From an uncultured delta proteobacterium (GTDB lineage: Bacteria > Desulfobacterota > Binatia > Bin18), in NCBI GenBank assembly GCA_963733195.1, contig CAVTCR010000047.1, forward strand, positions 1 through 64,000: a stretch of 64,000 nucleotides of DNA, in the 5' to 3' direction. Positions 53,336-63,326 of this stretch are shown piece by piece. The stretch's first letter is position 1; each line of letters begins with the position of its first letter. The position numbers and the translations under genes are program-made. The notes below the pieces were generated by a model. It was not told where the DNA came from, searched no databases, and saw only the letters and a list, made by a program, of their open reading frames with translations.

Positions 53336-54157
53336 TTAGTGACCCCAGTCTCTCGAATAGCGAAAGTCACGGTCGATGGTGCGATTTGACACCTTGGCAA
53401 TCACCGGTAGACGACGTTTGTACTGCGAGTTCATGATCCGACGCGACACTTTGTCAACCAACAGTTCAGGGAACCCCTCAGCGATTAACTCTTCACGCGT
53501 ATACCGTAGGTCAACCAAGCAATAAAGGAGTTCATCAACTTCTCGATACGAGAATCCAAGCTCACTCTCGTCCGTCTGTCCAGCCCAGAGATCAGCAGAC
53601 GGTGCTTTATTCACAATTGGTTTTGGCACTCCAACGAATTCCGCCAACGCCCACACTTGCGTTTTGTAGAGATCACCAAGAGGATTCACCGCCGAAGCCA
53701 TGTCACCGTAGAGAGTCCCGTAACCAAGGAGTAGTTCGGTTTTGTTGCTGGTTCCCAACACTAATGCCTGCCAGCGTGCAGAGTGGTCGTAGAGAATCGT
53801 CATCCGCTCGCGCGCCATCTTGTTACCTCGGCGCATGTTGTCAGCATCGGGAAATTTCTCGAAATAGGCATCAACCTGAGCTGAGATGTTTACCGTCAGA
53901 GACTCAATCCCGGTCGCAGCGATCACCAAGTCCGCATGTTCGAGGCTTTCTTTGCTCGACGCTTTGTAGGGCATTCTGATTGCAAGTACGTTGCTAGGCC
54001 CAAGCGCCTTCGCCGCCAAACATGCGCTCAGTGCAGAATCCACACCGCCAGAGAGGCCGATAACAACGCGCTCCATACCAACTTTGCGAACTTCATTGGC
54101 GATGAAGGCGGTAAGGATTTGTTGAAGCAACGAAGGGTTGGTGGGAATACGGCTCAT
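53336..54157 (-). CDS. nadE: NH3-dependent NAD+ synthetase
   Basis: [40 protein letters not shown]. Confidence 0.95.
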   Translation of the reverse strand: MSRIPTNPSLLQQILTAFIANEVRKVGMERVVIGLSGGVDSALSACLAAKALGPSNVLAIRMPYKASSKESLEHADLVIAATGIESLTVNISAQVDAYFEKFPDADNMRRGNKMARERMTILYDHSARWQALVLGTSNKTELLLGYGTLYGDMASAVNPLGDLYKTQVWALAEFVGVPKPIVNKAPSADLWAGQTDESELGFSYREVDELLYCLVDLRYTREELIAEGFPELLVDKVSRRIMNSQYKRRLPVIAKVSNRTIDRDFRYSRDWGH

Positions 54158-54271
54158 GCAGGGAGTTTATCAGTCTATGAGTCTATGAGTCTATGAGTCT
54201 TCTAGTTTGCCAGATTGAACGACGCCAGAGACTCTTAGACTCCCAGACGCCAAGACTCTTAAGACTGCTGG

Positions 54272-55054
54272 TCATCCCATGATTCCTGGATTCGCCCCAC
54301 CATCGATCGTGATATTTGCGCCGTGAATGAACGCGGCTCGTTCCGAGGCCAGGAAGAGAATGAGATCAGCACACTCCTCAGATTTCCCTACTCGACCGAG
54401 CGGAGTCATTTTTTTCAATGCTTCCTCTCGGCTCGCTCCCGCCGGTCCGAACGTCGAGAGGAATTTTTCCAAACGTTCAGTGAGAATCGGTCCTGGGTTG
54501 ATCCCGACGACTCGTACGCCATGCTTGGCACCCTCATCAGCCAGCGCTTTGGTGAAGTGGTTGACTGCGATATTAGCAGAACCACCGATCATATAGCTCC
54601 CCATCGGTTTTAATCCGCCTGTACCAGCAACATTGATGATGACGCCACTCCCTTGCTTGTGCATCTGCGTGAGCGCTTCGCGTGCCATGCGCATGTAACC
54701 AAAAAACTTGAGTGTCCAGTCATCCATCCACGCCTCATCTGTAAGAGTGAGGAAATCGCCGGGGCGTGCACTGCCGGCGTTATTGACTAAAATGTCTACG
54801 CGACCAAAAGTGGCGACACAGCGAGCGACTACTGCCTTGATATCTTCACCTTTGGTGAGGTCAGCTTGCATACCAACAATTCGCCCTTCCCCAGCCTTAC
54901 CGGCTTGGCGGACGGTGTCTTCCAGCGCTTCCTTGCCTCGCGCGCAAGCAAGCACAGACGCGCCTTCGGCAAGAAATCCAAGGGTGGTTGCTTGACCAAT
55001 ACCTTTGCTTCCTCCCGTTACGATTGCGACTTTGCCGCTGAGATTGAGTTGCAT
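54272..55054 (-). CDS. SDR family oxidoreductase
   Basis: TGGSKGIG, LVNNAG, INPGPI.T, IDGG. Confidence 0.9.
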   Translation of the reverse strand: MQLNLSGKVAIVTGGSKGIGQATTLGFLAEGASVLACARGKEALEDTVRQAGKAGEGRIVGMQADLTKGEDIKAVVARCVATFGRVDILVNNAGSARPGDFLTLTDEAWMDDWTLKFFGYMRMAREALTQMHKQGSGVIINVAGTGGLKPMGSYMIGGSANIAVNHFTKALADEGAKHGVRVVGINPGPILTERLEKFLSTFGPAGASREEALKKMTPLGRVGKSEECADLILFLASERAAFIHGANITIDGGANPGIMG

Positions 55055-55184
55055 GGTTCCCCCCTTTTTGATCTGGACCTGCAGTGAGAAGGACAAAAGC
55101 CCAGGGAAGTTTCATCGACGGGCCAAAACGTAAAGCGTAATTTTAAGACTCCTGATTACGTTTTATTCTTTCCAACCTACGAGT

Positions 55185-55601
55185 TTAAATTGGTTTAAAC
55201 TTCGCCAACTTCACTCCTGGCTCGTGTTCTTCGAAGACGACCTGCACTGGCATATCCATATGAATGTCTTCGTTCTTCACACCAACAAGATTTGTCACCA
55301 AAACCAAGTCTGGATCTTCATCAAGCTGAATCTGGGCGACATTGTAGGGAACTTTGTTCACCGCTGCCGGATGATTGGGATGGGTAATGATCGTCCAGGA
55401 GTAGACTTTTCCTTTACCACTGACTTTCGTCCATTCGTGTTCCAGCGAGTTACAGTGCGGGCACATCGGTCGTGGCAACCAGCGAAACTTCATACATCCT
55501 TTGCAACGCTGCATGAGCAATTCACCACGATTACATCCGTCCCAAAACGCCTGGGCATCAAAATCAGGAAGCGGGCGAGGAAAGTTTACAGTATCGGCCA
55601 T
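55185..55601 (-). CDS. Zn-ribbon / OB-fold (DUF35, ChsH2-like) protein
   Basis: FWDG, QRCKGC...PRPMCPHC, SGKGKVYSWT, PY. Confidence 0.9.
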   Translation of the reverse strand: MADTVNFPRPLPDFDAQAFWDGCNRGELLMQRCKGCMKFRWLPRPMCPHCNSLEHEWTKVSGKGKVYSWTIITHPNHPAAVNKVPYNVAQIQLDEDPDLVLVTNLVGVKNEDIHMDMPVQVVFEEHEPGVKLAKFKPI

Positions 55602-55641
55602 CTTCTTGTTCCTCCTTTAGCGGTTGTCTACCGCAGGGCGA

Positions 55642-56038
55642 CTAGTTTCCCTCTGCGAATTCAAATTCGACTTCGTAATAATGTCGGGTACGGTCGGCAT
55701 CTTTCACCGTTCCCATTTCCCGGATCGCGGTAATGCGACGACGGCGCTCTGGATAAGGGTCGCTCAGTCCATAGTCTTGAGAGGTCGACAGTATCGAGTA
55801 TGCCGCTTCTTTTTGCATCTGACGGTACATAGGACGAGAAGTCACCTCACCTACTTGCGGTGGCGGCCCATCGAATTCCCATTGCCCATTACGTTCAGTC
55901 GAGGAGAAATAACCGATTCCACCATTGTACTTCTTGGTGTTGAAGGTTGTAACACCACCGGAGAAGGTGCAGCTCGATCTGACTCACCATCCAGACAACA
56001 ACAACATAGAAAAAACTGACTCGACGTAACATTGGCAT
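55642..56038 (-). CDS. Hypothetical exported protein / lipoprotein (frameshift near 55975)
   Basis: MPMLRRVSFFYVVVVWMVSQI then shifted frame SCTFSGGVTTFNTKKYNGG... runs open into ORF 55642-55845. Confidence 0.5.
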
Positions 56039-56057
56039 AGAGTAACAGCGAAAACTC

Positions 56058-56084
56058 GTAGGGGCGACTGATGGTCGCCCCTAC
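56058..56084. repeat. GTAG-family REP palindrome
   Basis: GTAGGGGCGAC-tgatg-GTCGCCCCTAC perfect 11-bp stem. Confidence 0.85.
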
Positions 56085-56152
56085 TTTTATCTTCATTATC
56101 CCTCACTCTGCCCCCTCTCACAGGAGAGGGACCTCAAAGTCACGTTTCCCAA

Positions 56153-56722
56153 TTAGTGCGCATGCGTACCGTGGCTGTGCGCATGCGCCTTCTTCTTTCC
56201 ACTGCTCTGGGAATGACTGTGACCATGCGAATGTCCGTGATCATGCCCGTGGTCGTGACCATTGCCATTCGCGACCGGTTGCGTCACCGCATGGCGGCGT
56301 GGGTTGCGTTCGTGGCTATGGCCGTGATCATGACTATGCGACGGTTGCGCGTACACCGGGTCAGAAATCCCGCGTTGTTTACGAATCTCTGCGGCTTTGG
56401 CTGTTTTATCGTCGTACTCGGCGCCCCGTCCTTGTCGATGAGCAATGAAGCGATTCAGTGAAGGTTCATCCATGTGACAGGACAACGGCACCCCAGAATA
56501 GCGCATACACAGCGGTCGCGAATCCTGCGGTTTTTGCTGTGCTGGCGTAGCCTCTGCCGCGAGGTGACCACTTGCACCTGATGCGATAGCAAATGCCGAA
56601 ACTGTGCGAGGCGCTCTCCTCCCACAATCCGGGCATGGTTTCTTCTTGGCACTCTCACTCAAAGAGGAGAGTTCCTCAAAGGTAAAGTCACAGGTCATGC
56701 AGTAGTATTCGTAAAGTGGCAT
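56153..56722 (-). CDS. FmdB-family zinc-ribbon protein with His-rich C-terminal tail
   Basis: MPLYEYYCMTC...CPDCG; tail HSHDHGHSH...HDHGHDHGHSHGHSH. Confidence 0.85.
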   Translation of the reverse strand: MPLYEYYCMTCDFTFEELSSLSESAKKKPCPDCGRRAPRTVSAFAIASGASGHLAAEATPAQQKPQDSRPLCMRYSGVPLSCHMDEPSLNRFIAHRQGRGAEYDDKTAKAAEIRKQRGISDPVYAQPSHSHDHGHSHERNPRRHAVTQPVANGNGHDHGHDHGHSHGHSHSQSSGKKKAHAHSHGTHAH

Positions 56723-56735
56723 GACATTCCTCTAC

Positions 56736-57518
56736 TTATTCAATCGCGGTTGGTGCGTGCGGAAGCTCAGCCCAGTCTTCTGGATCATGCGTGATCCAGA
56801 CGGTCGCCTCGTGCATGTCACGAATCGCTTTGCAGCGTTGGATCGACAGCGCAGCCTGCACCGGGTCAACGTCGAGAGGCATTGTCGCTCCGGTAGTCAT
56901 CTGATCACGTAGATGGATGGTATCTCCAACTAACAGGATTTTACGATTCGGCAATCTCACGTACAGTGAGCTTTCACCAGGTGTGTGACCCGGGGTCTTC
57001 AGCATGGTCAAGCTGCCGTCGCCAAACAAATCAAAGTCGCTATCGAGTTCGACCCAGTCAAAATTGCGCGTCGGCAGGATATCGTTGAGGATAAATACGC
57101 CGCGACGGTCAGCATCCGGCCAATAGGCATAGCGCAGTTCGTTGGCCATGATAAGGAATTTCGCATTGGGGAAGGCATGCATGTAACCGGTGTGATCGAG
57201 ATGCAGATGAGAAATGACAACATACTTAATGTCACTCATCTTGTAGCCGAGCCCCTGAATCTGCCGGTCGAGCAACACTTCCTTAGGATAGGTGACTTTA
57301 ATGTGATCAGCGATCGGTCCCCAATATTTTGGATTTGTTGCTACCTCTGGATGACAGCCAGTGTCAAACAGTACCAAACCTCTGGCGTGTTCAATCAGAT
57401 ATGCTGGGCTTGGCACGGTTACGAGATCATTTGGAGCGCCATGCATCAACAAGCTCTTGGGCACCGTCAATTCTGCGTTTGGCAACGCCCATAAACGTTT
57501 GGCTTTTCCGTCTGGCAT
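56736..57518 (-). CDS. N-acyl homoserine lactonase-family metallo-beta-lactamase
   Basis: LFDTG, SHLHLDHTG (HxHxDH), DLFGDG, TPGHTPG, HD. Confidence 0.88.
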   Translation of the reverse strand: MPDGKAKRLWALPNAELTVPKSLLMHGAPNDLVTVPSPAYLIEHARGLVLFDTGCHPEVATNPKYWGPIADHIKVTYPKEVLLDRQIQGLGYKMSDIKYVVISHLHLDHTGYMHAFPNAKFLIMANELRYAYWPDADRRGVFILNDILPTRNFDWVELDSDFDLFGDGSLTMLKTPGHTPGESSLYVRLPNRKILLVGDTIHLRDQMTTGATMPLDVDPVQAALSIQRCKAIRDMHEATVWITHDPEDWAELPHAPTAIE

Positions 57519-57715
57519 AACTGTCCCTCCTCAGTTGATTTGCGATCAGCGTCCCCTGGGCACGCGGGCCGTATGCTAGTAAAGGCAGCTCTTGGTGTCA
57601 ACTGTTCCTAGTGATGAGTAATGAGGGCTGAGTAGTGAAAAAAAATTTAGAAACTACAAAAGCACAGTTCCTGCCTATGGGCAGTATAGTACTGTCAACC
57701 TTAAACGAAGGACAA

Positions 57716-58405
57716 CTAGCGGCTTGCGTCCATGATCGCCAACAACTCCGACAGATGTCGAATCTTCCGACAGCGAACGCCTTCGTAGCAGCCAAGCGTA
57801 TCGAGCAGAACGGCTTGGAGTCCTGCTCGCTCAGCTCCAACGACATCAATTCCATAGATGTCCCCGACGTACATTGTGTGTTGTGGCTGGACATGAAGGC
57901 GTTGCAACGCAAGAGCAAAAATCTGCGAATCGGGTTTCTCGACGCCAACCTCGTGAGAATCGATTATAATATCGAAGAACTGGGCAATGCCACATTGCTG
58001 CAGGATAGCGGTAATTCGCCCATCTGAATTCGAGACGACGCCCAAGGTCAGCCCGCGCGTACGCAGTTGCTGTAGAACCGCCGGTGTAGAGGGCATCATG
58101 CGGTGCCACAGGTTGTTTTGCTTATGAATCGCGTCGAAACGCTCGATCATCTTCGCTGCGGTTGGTGGCGCTAGCCCAAGATGGTCGAGGAGCGCAGTAA
58201 AATACGGGCGCCGACGAGTATCATCAGTATCGGCAACAGACCCAAGCAACCGTCGATCAATCTCTGCTTTCGCGGCATATTCTGCACGTCGAACCGCACG
58301 AGCAGAAACCGCAATGCCGTTGCGTCGTAACTCACGGGCAAGAAAGAAGTAGTCGAGAAAGACTAGCGTGCCGCCAGCGTCGAACAGAACTGTGGTAATA
58401 GGCAT
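57716..58405 (-). CDS. HAD-IA family hydrolase
   Basis: FDAGGTL, VVSNSD, EKPD, YVGDIYGIDV.GA. Confidence 0.9.
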   Translation of the reverse strand: MPITTVLFDAGGTLVFLDYFFLARELRRNGIAVSARAVRRAEYAAKAEIDRRLLGSVADTDDTRRRPYFTALLDHLGLAPPTAAKMIERFDAIHKQNNLWHRMMPSTPAVLQQLRTRGLTLGVVSNSDGRITAILQQCGIAQFFDIIIDSHEVGVEKPDSQIFALALQRLHVQPQHTMYVGDIYGIDVVGAERAGLQAVLLDTLGCYEGVRCRKIRHLSELLAIMDASR

Positions 58406-58604
58406 AAGTAGTCAGTAGTCAGCATTCAGTAGTCAGTAGAAAGAGTCTGGAGTTCGAAGTCCAAGGTCCGAAGTCAGAAGAAGTTCTAAGTTTTACATTT
58501 TCCTTTCTCCCTTTACCCCTTATCCATTTCTCTATTTCTCCATTTCGTCGTTTCAATCTCTCAGTCTTTGTCACTCATTACTCATCATTCGTTGCTCGGA
58601 CTGT

Positions 58605-59792
58605 CTATCTTCCTTTCGGCAATCCCAGCACCCTTTCACCTGCGATCCCACGTTGAATCTCGTTGGTTCCTGCCGCGATAGTTCCAGCCCGCGCGCCAAG
58701 CATGCGATACGACCACCGGGCATGATCGATCGCAAACGGCTCGCCTTTCTCTAGTATCGCGTAGGGTCCCAGTAACTCCATCGCGAAGTTGCAAATGCGT
58801 AGGTTAAGTTCGGTCGTATTAATCTTTGAAAATGACCCTTCTGGTCCCGGCGGCATGCCCTTGAGTTGGCGAGTCAGTCGACGCAGATCATTGTACTTAA
58901 TCGCTTCTGCCTCAATCGCGAACTGGGCTAATTGCTGACGCACTGATGTATCCTCAGTGGCAGGTTGACCATTTAGCTCTGTGCGTCGGGCAAGATCATA
59001 CAACTGTGTAAGCGTCTTTTCAAAACGGTAGAAGTTTCCTGTTGCAACTCGTTCAAACATCAGGGTTGTGACCGCTACCATCCAGCCACGGTTCAGGTCG
59101 CCGACAAGATTCTTCTTCGGCACACGGACATCTTCAAAGAAGACTTCATTGAACTCTGCATCACCATTGATCTGCACGAGCGGTCGCACCGTAATCCCAG
59201 GCGTCCGCATATCGACCAGGACGTAGCTGATTCCCTGATGCTTGGGCGCATTGGGATCGGTGCGAACCAGCAGAAAGATCCAGTCTGAATGTTGTGCCCA
59301 ACTCGTCCACACCTTTTGTCCATTCACGACGAAATGGTCTCCATCTTCGACCGCACGTGTCTGAAGGGATGCCAAGTCAGACCCAGCTCCCGGTTCAGAG
59401 TATCCCTGACACCAGACTTCATCAGCAGGAAGAATCTTAGGAAGGAATCGTTTCTTCTGCTCTTCTGTTCCTAAGTGAATCAGTGTCGGCCCGAGGAGAT
59501 TCACACCACTCATATTCACGCCGTACGATAATCCCAAGTGTCCTAGCTCTTCGTAAAAAATGGCTTGTTCAATGACCGACGCGCCACGACCGCCATATTC
59601 TTTTGGCCACCAGATGCCGATCCACCCCCCTGCGTAGAGCTTTTTGTGCCACGCCTTCTGTCGTTCCCAGCGCGCATCTGGGGCAAGGTCTTCGTCTTGT
59701 CCAGCGTGGATATCGTCCGGCGCATTTGCCTCCAGCCACGACCGCACGTGCTGACGAAATTTCTCTTCTTCGGAAGAATAGCTAAAGTCCAT
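58605..59792 (-). CDS. Acyl-CoA dehydrogenase
   Basis: WCQGYSEPGAGSDLASL, NGQKVWTS, FNEVF, TIAAGTNEIQR. Confidence 0.95.
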   Translation of the reverse strand: MDFSYSSEEEKFRQHVRSWLEANAPDDIHAGQDEDLAPDARWERQKAWHKKLYAGGWIGIWWPKEYGGRGASVIEQAIFYEELGHLGLSYGVNMSGVNLLGPTLIHLGTEEQKKRFLPKILPADEVWCQGYSEPGAGSDLASLQTRAVEDGDHFVVNGQKVWTSWAQHSDWIFLLVRTDPNAPKHQGISYVLVDMRTPGITVRPLVQINGDAEFNEVFFEDVRVPKKNLVGDLNRGWMVAVTTLMFERVATGNFYRFEKTLTQLYDLARRTELNGQPATEDTSVRQQLAQFAIEAEAIKYNDLRRLTRQLKGMPPGPEGSFSKINTTELNLRICNFAMELLGPYAILEKGEPFAIDHARWSYRMLGARAGTIAAGTNEIQRGIAGERVLGLPKGR

Positions 59793-60168
59793 GAAACCTC
59801 CACAAGTCTAAAACAAGTCTTTGGGCACGTCGAAAGCAAGTCTCCCTCAAGGCCAGTGCAGATCCACAACAACGTCAAGGGAGCTATGGTGAGATTTATC
59901 CGAGACGCGTTTGCAAGAAGTAAGCACTCCGTCCCTCTTTCAGAAACGGTAAGGTCCGCGAAAGATCGCCAGTCGGCGCGAGTTCAACTTTGATAATCTC
60001 CGCACCCATCTCTGAGGAGACGACTTGCCGTAGGCCCAGCTAAGACTTGGGTGAAATCAAGAACTTTGTAACCATCTAAGATATGTTTCATCTCGCTACC
60101 TGCCATAATACTCTCCTTATCAAGTGAAAAGGTTTACACTAAAGCTATTCTTTGGAACAGAGGCAGCA

Positions 60169-60759
60169 ATGGAAAACACGACAAACGACAGATCGGTATC
60201 TCAAGAACGAGCAACAGCGAGCCTACCCGCCCAGTTTCTAGTGGAACAGCTTCACCTTCTGCCAAAGGGGCGTGCTCTAGACGTAGCCGCTGGACGTGGT
60301 CGCAACTCGCTCTACCTTGCGCAACGCGGCTTTACAGTACATGCGCTTGATCGCGATGCAACTGCATTACAAACGCTTCGTTTGCTTGCCGACGAACGAC
60401 AGCTACAGAATGTGACGACTGAACTCGTTGACCTTGAGGCCGGGCCGGTGAGCGCTGCCGTGTTTCCCCCGGATACATACGACGTAGTGATGGTCTTCTT
60501 GTATCTTTTTCGGCCTTTGTTTCCTGTTCTATTACAGACACTCAAGCCCGGTGGCGTTCTTGTCTACGAAACGGTTCTGGTTGAGAATCATCTCCGCTAC
60601 CAGCATCCTAAACATCGTGAGTTTTGTTTCGAGCCAGGAGAACTGCGAAACCTGGTTCGTGATCTCCACATTCTGCATTATGACGAAGACGAGCGACGGC
60701 GCGCTGATGGCCAACCAGGGACGTTTACCGTACGGCTGCTCGCTCAGAAAAAAGCATAG
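60169..60759 (+). CDS. Class I SAM-dependent methyltransferase (TehB-like)
   Basis: ALDVAAGRGRNSLYLA, LKPGGVLVYET. Confidence 0.85.
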   Translation: MENTTNDRSVSQERATASLPAQFLVEQLHLLPKGRALDVAAGRGRNSLYLAQRGFTVHALDRDATALQTLRLLADERQLQNVTTELVDLEAGPVSAAVFPPDTYDVVMVFLYLFRPLFPVLLQTLKPGGVLVYETVLVENHLRYQHPKHREFCFEPGELRNLVRDLHILHYDEDERRRADGQPGTFTVRLLAQKKA

Positions 60760-60816
60760 AGTATTGTTGCAAGAGCAACAGCGAAGATCTAGGCTGCTAA
60801 AGATAAGGAATATCGT

Positions 60817-61419
60817 ATGTCACAGCCAGCCGCAGCACCTGAACCGCGAGAACCGGTCAAACTCGCTCTTCGGGGGATCACTATGACTGATGAGCAATTC
60901 GAGCTTTTGTGTCGGGAAAATCCTGATCTTCGCATTGAACTGACCGCGCAAAAGGAGCTGGTGATCATGCCTCCGACAGGATTCAAAACTGGTCGGCGCA
61001 ACAGCCGACTCGGACGACATGTAGACCTTTGGGCGGAGCAAGATGGGACAGGCATGACATGTGATTCTTCTACCCTGTTTACATTGCCAAACGGAGCCAA
61101 ACGTTCACCAGACGTGTCGTGGATCAGGAAGGAAAGACTCTCAGCCCTCAGCGACGAAGACCAAGAGGGAATAATTCCTCTCTGTCCAGATTTCGTCGTC
61201 GAACTCCGTTCACCAACGGATCGACTTTCAGATCTTCAGGAAAAAATGCAGGAATATATTGCAAATGGAGCGCGTCTAGGCTGGTTGATCGATCCTTTCG
61301 AAAAACGCGTGTATGTCTACCGTTCTGGACAGCCTGTAGAGATGCTAGACGATCCTACGACACTGAATGGTGACCCCGTGTTACCAGGCTTCGTTCTGCC
61401 TGTACGTGAACTGTGGTAA
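60817..61419 (+). CDS. Uma2-family (DUF820) putative endonuclease
   Basis: RSPDVSW, PDFVVELRSPTD, KMQEY..NGARLGWLIDP. Confidence 0.93.
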   Translation: MSQPAAAPEPREPVKLALRGITMTDEQFELLCRENPDLRIELTAQKELVIMPPTGFKTGRRNSRLGRHVDLWAEQDGTGMTCDSSTLFTLPNGAKRSPDVSWIRKERLSALSDEDQEGIIPLCPDFVVELRSPTDRLSDLQEKMQEYIANGARLGWLIDPFEKRVYVYRSGQPVEMLDDPTTLNGDPVLPGFVLPVRELW

Positions 61420-61441
61420 GCATGAGTCTGCACCACAGACT

Positions 61442-61906
61442 TCATGTGGTCTTTTTATCCGTATGCCCAAAACCACCGGTTCGAAATGTAGGATCAAGCT
61501 GATCGACTTCTTGCCATTGCACGCGGGCGACAGGAGCAACGACTAGCTGGGCGATACGATCACCTCGTTGAATACGTACCGGCTGATCACTCAGGTTAAT
61601 CAGCAGGACCTTCACTTCATCACGATAGTCGGCGTCGATCGTTCCTGGTGCATTCAGAATCGTGAGGCCAAACCGCAGGGCGAGTCCGCTGCGTGGTCGC
61701 ACTTGCGCTTCGTATCCTCGCGGCAAGGCTAATGCGAAACCAGTGGGAACCAATGTCCGGCCAAAGGGGAGAATCGTAAGCTCGGCCTCAAGGTCTGCGT
61801 AAATATCCATCCCCGCTGCGTCGGGGGTCATGTAGCGCGGGAGGGGAACGCCTTCACTGCTTGTTTCACGAACGCGAGTAATGGCAATGCGAAGTTCAGT
61901 AGTCAT
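61442..61906 (-). CDS. dut: dUTP diphosphatase
   Basis: AGMD, RPRSGLA, GTIDADYR, RIAQL, RTGGFGHT. Confidence 0.95.
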   Translation of the reverse strand: MTTELRIAITRVRETSSEGVPLPRYMTPDAAGMDIYADLEAELTILPFGRTLVPTGFALALPRGYEAQVRPRSGLALRFGLTILNAPGTIDADYRDEVKVLLINLSDQPVRIQRGDRIAQLVVAPVARVQWQEVDQLDPTFRTGGFGHTDKKTT

Positions 61907-62145
61907 ACACCAGAAGAGCATATAGAAATGACAGCGGAGAGAAAAGGGGAAACGGCCAACAACAGAATTGGGAGCGACCCTTACAATCTTGAGATGTGAG
62001 AATATAGTGTTTGATGAGGCACACCGGCTGTGACCCGCACCCGAAATCAAGTCAGTCCCGAACACTTGGGCCCGACGTTTCACCCTTTGTCCTACGGACG
62101 GCCATCCCGCCCTCGCGTGACGCACCCCTCTGTCCGCTTGACATC

Positions 62146-62167
62146 GGAGCCTTAATAGGAGTTAGGC
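62146..62167 (+). other. Candidate attI-like junction / terminal core site of the cassette array
   Basis: CTTAATAGGA-GTTAGGC; GTTRRRY core overlaps the hicB stop (GCCTAAC on minus strand); no complementary attC arm follows. Confidence 0.5.
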
Positions 62168-62377
62168 CACGTCTGTCTCAATAAACTCGCTTTCAGAAGA
62201 AGGGACTGGAATGGGCTCGCCGTGCTCACGCAGACCTTCAAGGTGAAAATCGATCGCTTCTTTGATCAGCGCTCTAACTTCCTTACGTGTTTCTGCCACC
62301 ACAATACAACCCGGGAGGTCGGGGACGTGAGCGCCCCAGCTCGACTCGCCTTTTTCAATGATCACGAGGTAGCGCAT
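62162..62377 (-). CDS. hicB: HicB-family antitoxin
   Basis: YLVIIEK...WGAHVPDLPGC...I.EAI.FHLEGL...GEPIP. Confidence 0.92.
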   Translation of the reverse strand: MRYLVIIEKGESSWGAHVPDLPGCIVVAETRKEVRALIKEAIDFHLEGLREHGEPIPVPSSESEFIETDVA

Positions 62378-62381
62378 CGCT

Positions 62382-62570
62382 TTACTCCTTCAATCCCGCC
62401 TGTTTCAGAATACTGCTCAAGGTGCCAGGCGGAATGTCTACGCCGGTCTTGCCCGCAACTGTAACTGTACCGGGTTTGGTGGGAGGGTGAAACTGACGAT
62501 GGTCACCCCTCGTCCGCACGAGATGCCATCCGTCCGTTTCGATCATCTCGATAAGCTCTCTAACTTCCAT
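62382..62570 (-). CDS. hicA: HicA-family mRNA interferase toxin
   Basis: DGW.LVRTRGDHRQF..PTKPGTVTV, GTL.SILKQAG. Confidence 0.92.
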   Translation of the reverse strand: MEVRELIEMIETDGWHLVRTRGDHRQFHPPTKPGTVTVAGKTGVDIPPGTLSSILKQAGLKE

Positions 62571-62597
62571 GGATGGTATCTATCCCCATGGGAAGCG

Positions 62598-62660
62598 GGC
62601 GAACGCTGAAACGCAGATGTGCGAGCGTAGCGAGCGCCGTCCTGCAGCACCTGGTTGGAC
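62598..62660 (-). mobile_element. Integron attC site (somewhat degenerate)
   Basis: Minus strand GTCCAAC-CAGGT-GCTGCAGG...GCTCGCTACGCTCGC...CAGC-GTTCGCC, 63 bp, between GNAT stop and hicA. Confidence 0.6.
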
Positions 62661-62688
62661 GCACAACCACAAGTTGCCACATGCTGCC

Positions 62689-63216
62689 TTACACATCACA
62701 TTCAAGGTGAATATCTTCAGGTTCAAGCTCGATGAGCTCTGGGTCAGGCTCTCCAGCAACTGCACAACCTAACCGCAGGTAGAAGTTTACAGTGTTCTCG
62801 GAAGGTGTTGCCGATATGTACAGCCGCTTGGCTCCCCTCTCGCGTGCGGTAGCCTTGGCTAGTTCAAATAGCTGCGTGCCCAAGCCTCTATTTCGGCATG
62901 AACTGCTCACGTGAAGGAACTTGAGTTGGCGTTGCTCTTGGTGCTTGCCGATACACTTGCTTTCCAGGACGACTATGCCAATGAGTTCTGCGTCGTCGAA
63001 TACACCATAGAACCATCCCCCCCGGTCGAAGCAGTCAAGCAGGATCGGCGTATATTTCTCTGCTTCGCCAGGTGGCCAGCCGGGGATATCGTAATGTTCT
63101 GGTCTGAGCACCAAAGTGCCGTTCTCAACGTGATAGATATTATCTATCACTTCACTGCGGTCGATATTCCAGACTTGTTCGATTTCTTCCCGGAGCAGTT
63201 CTCTACCAGTTATCAC
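62689..63216 (-). CDS. GNAT family N-acetyltransferase (gene cassette)
   Basis: AGGAGG RBS then GTG just after attC; LHVSSSCRNRGLG.QLF, ISATPSENTVNFY..LG. Confidence 0.9.
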   Translation of the reverse strand: MITGRELLREEIEQVWNIDRSEVIDNIYHVENGTLVLRPEHYDIPGWPPGEAEKYTPILLDCFDRGGWFYGVFDDAELIGIVVLESKCIGKHQEQRQLKFLHVSSSCRNRGLGTQLFELAKATARERGAKRLYISATPSENTVNFYLRLGCAVAGEPDPELIELEPEDIHLECDV

Positions 63217-63234
63217 ACCTGACCTCCTGTGCAC

Positions 63235-63326
63235 GCCCAACGATATGGTTCATCGGGCCGGCGCAGCGGCGCGGGATTCACCGACAAGCTCGTGTGCGCC
63301 GGCTCCCGTGCAACCGCTAGTTCGGC
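63235..63326 (-). mobile_element. Integron attC site
   Basis: Minus strand GCCGAAC-TAGCG-GTTGCACG..GCCGGCGCA...TGCGCCGGC..GATGAAC-CATATC-GTTGGGC, 92 bp imperfect palindrome with an extra base in the left L box. Confidence 0.8.

Noticed and set aside
60817-61419. Uma2 endonuclease plus upstream methyltransferase as a restriction-modification system
   Set aside because: The methyltransferase is TehB-like small-molecule type without DNA-MTase catalytic motifs; Uma2 genes are commonly scattered singly
62138-62166. TTGACA as the -35 of a cassette promoter Pc
   Set aside because: No convincing -10 at 16-18 nt spacing and it would face against the cassette genes
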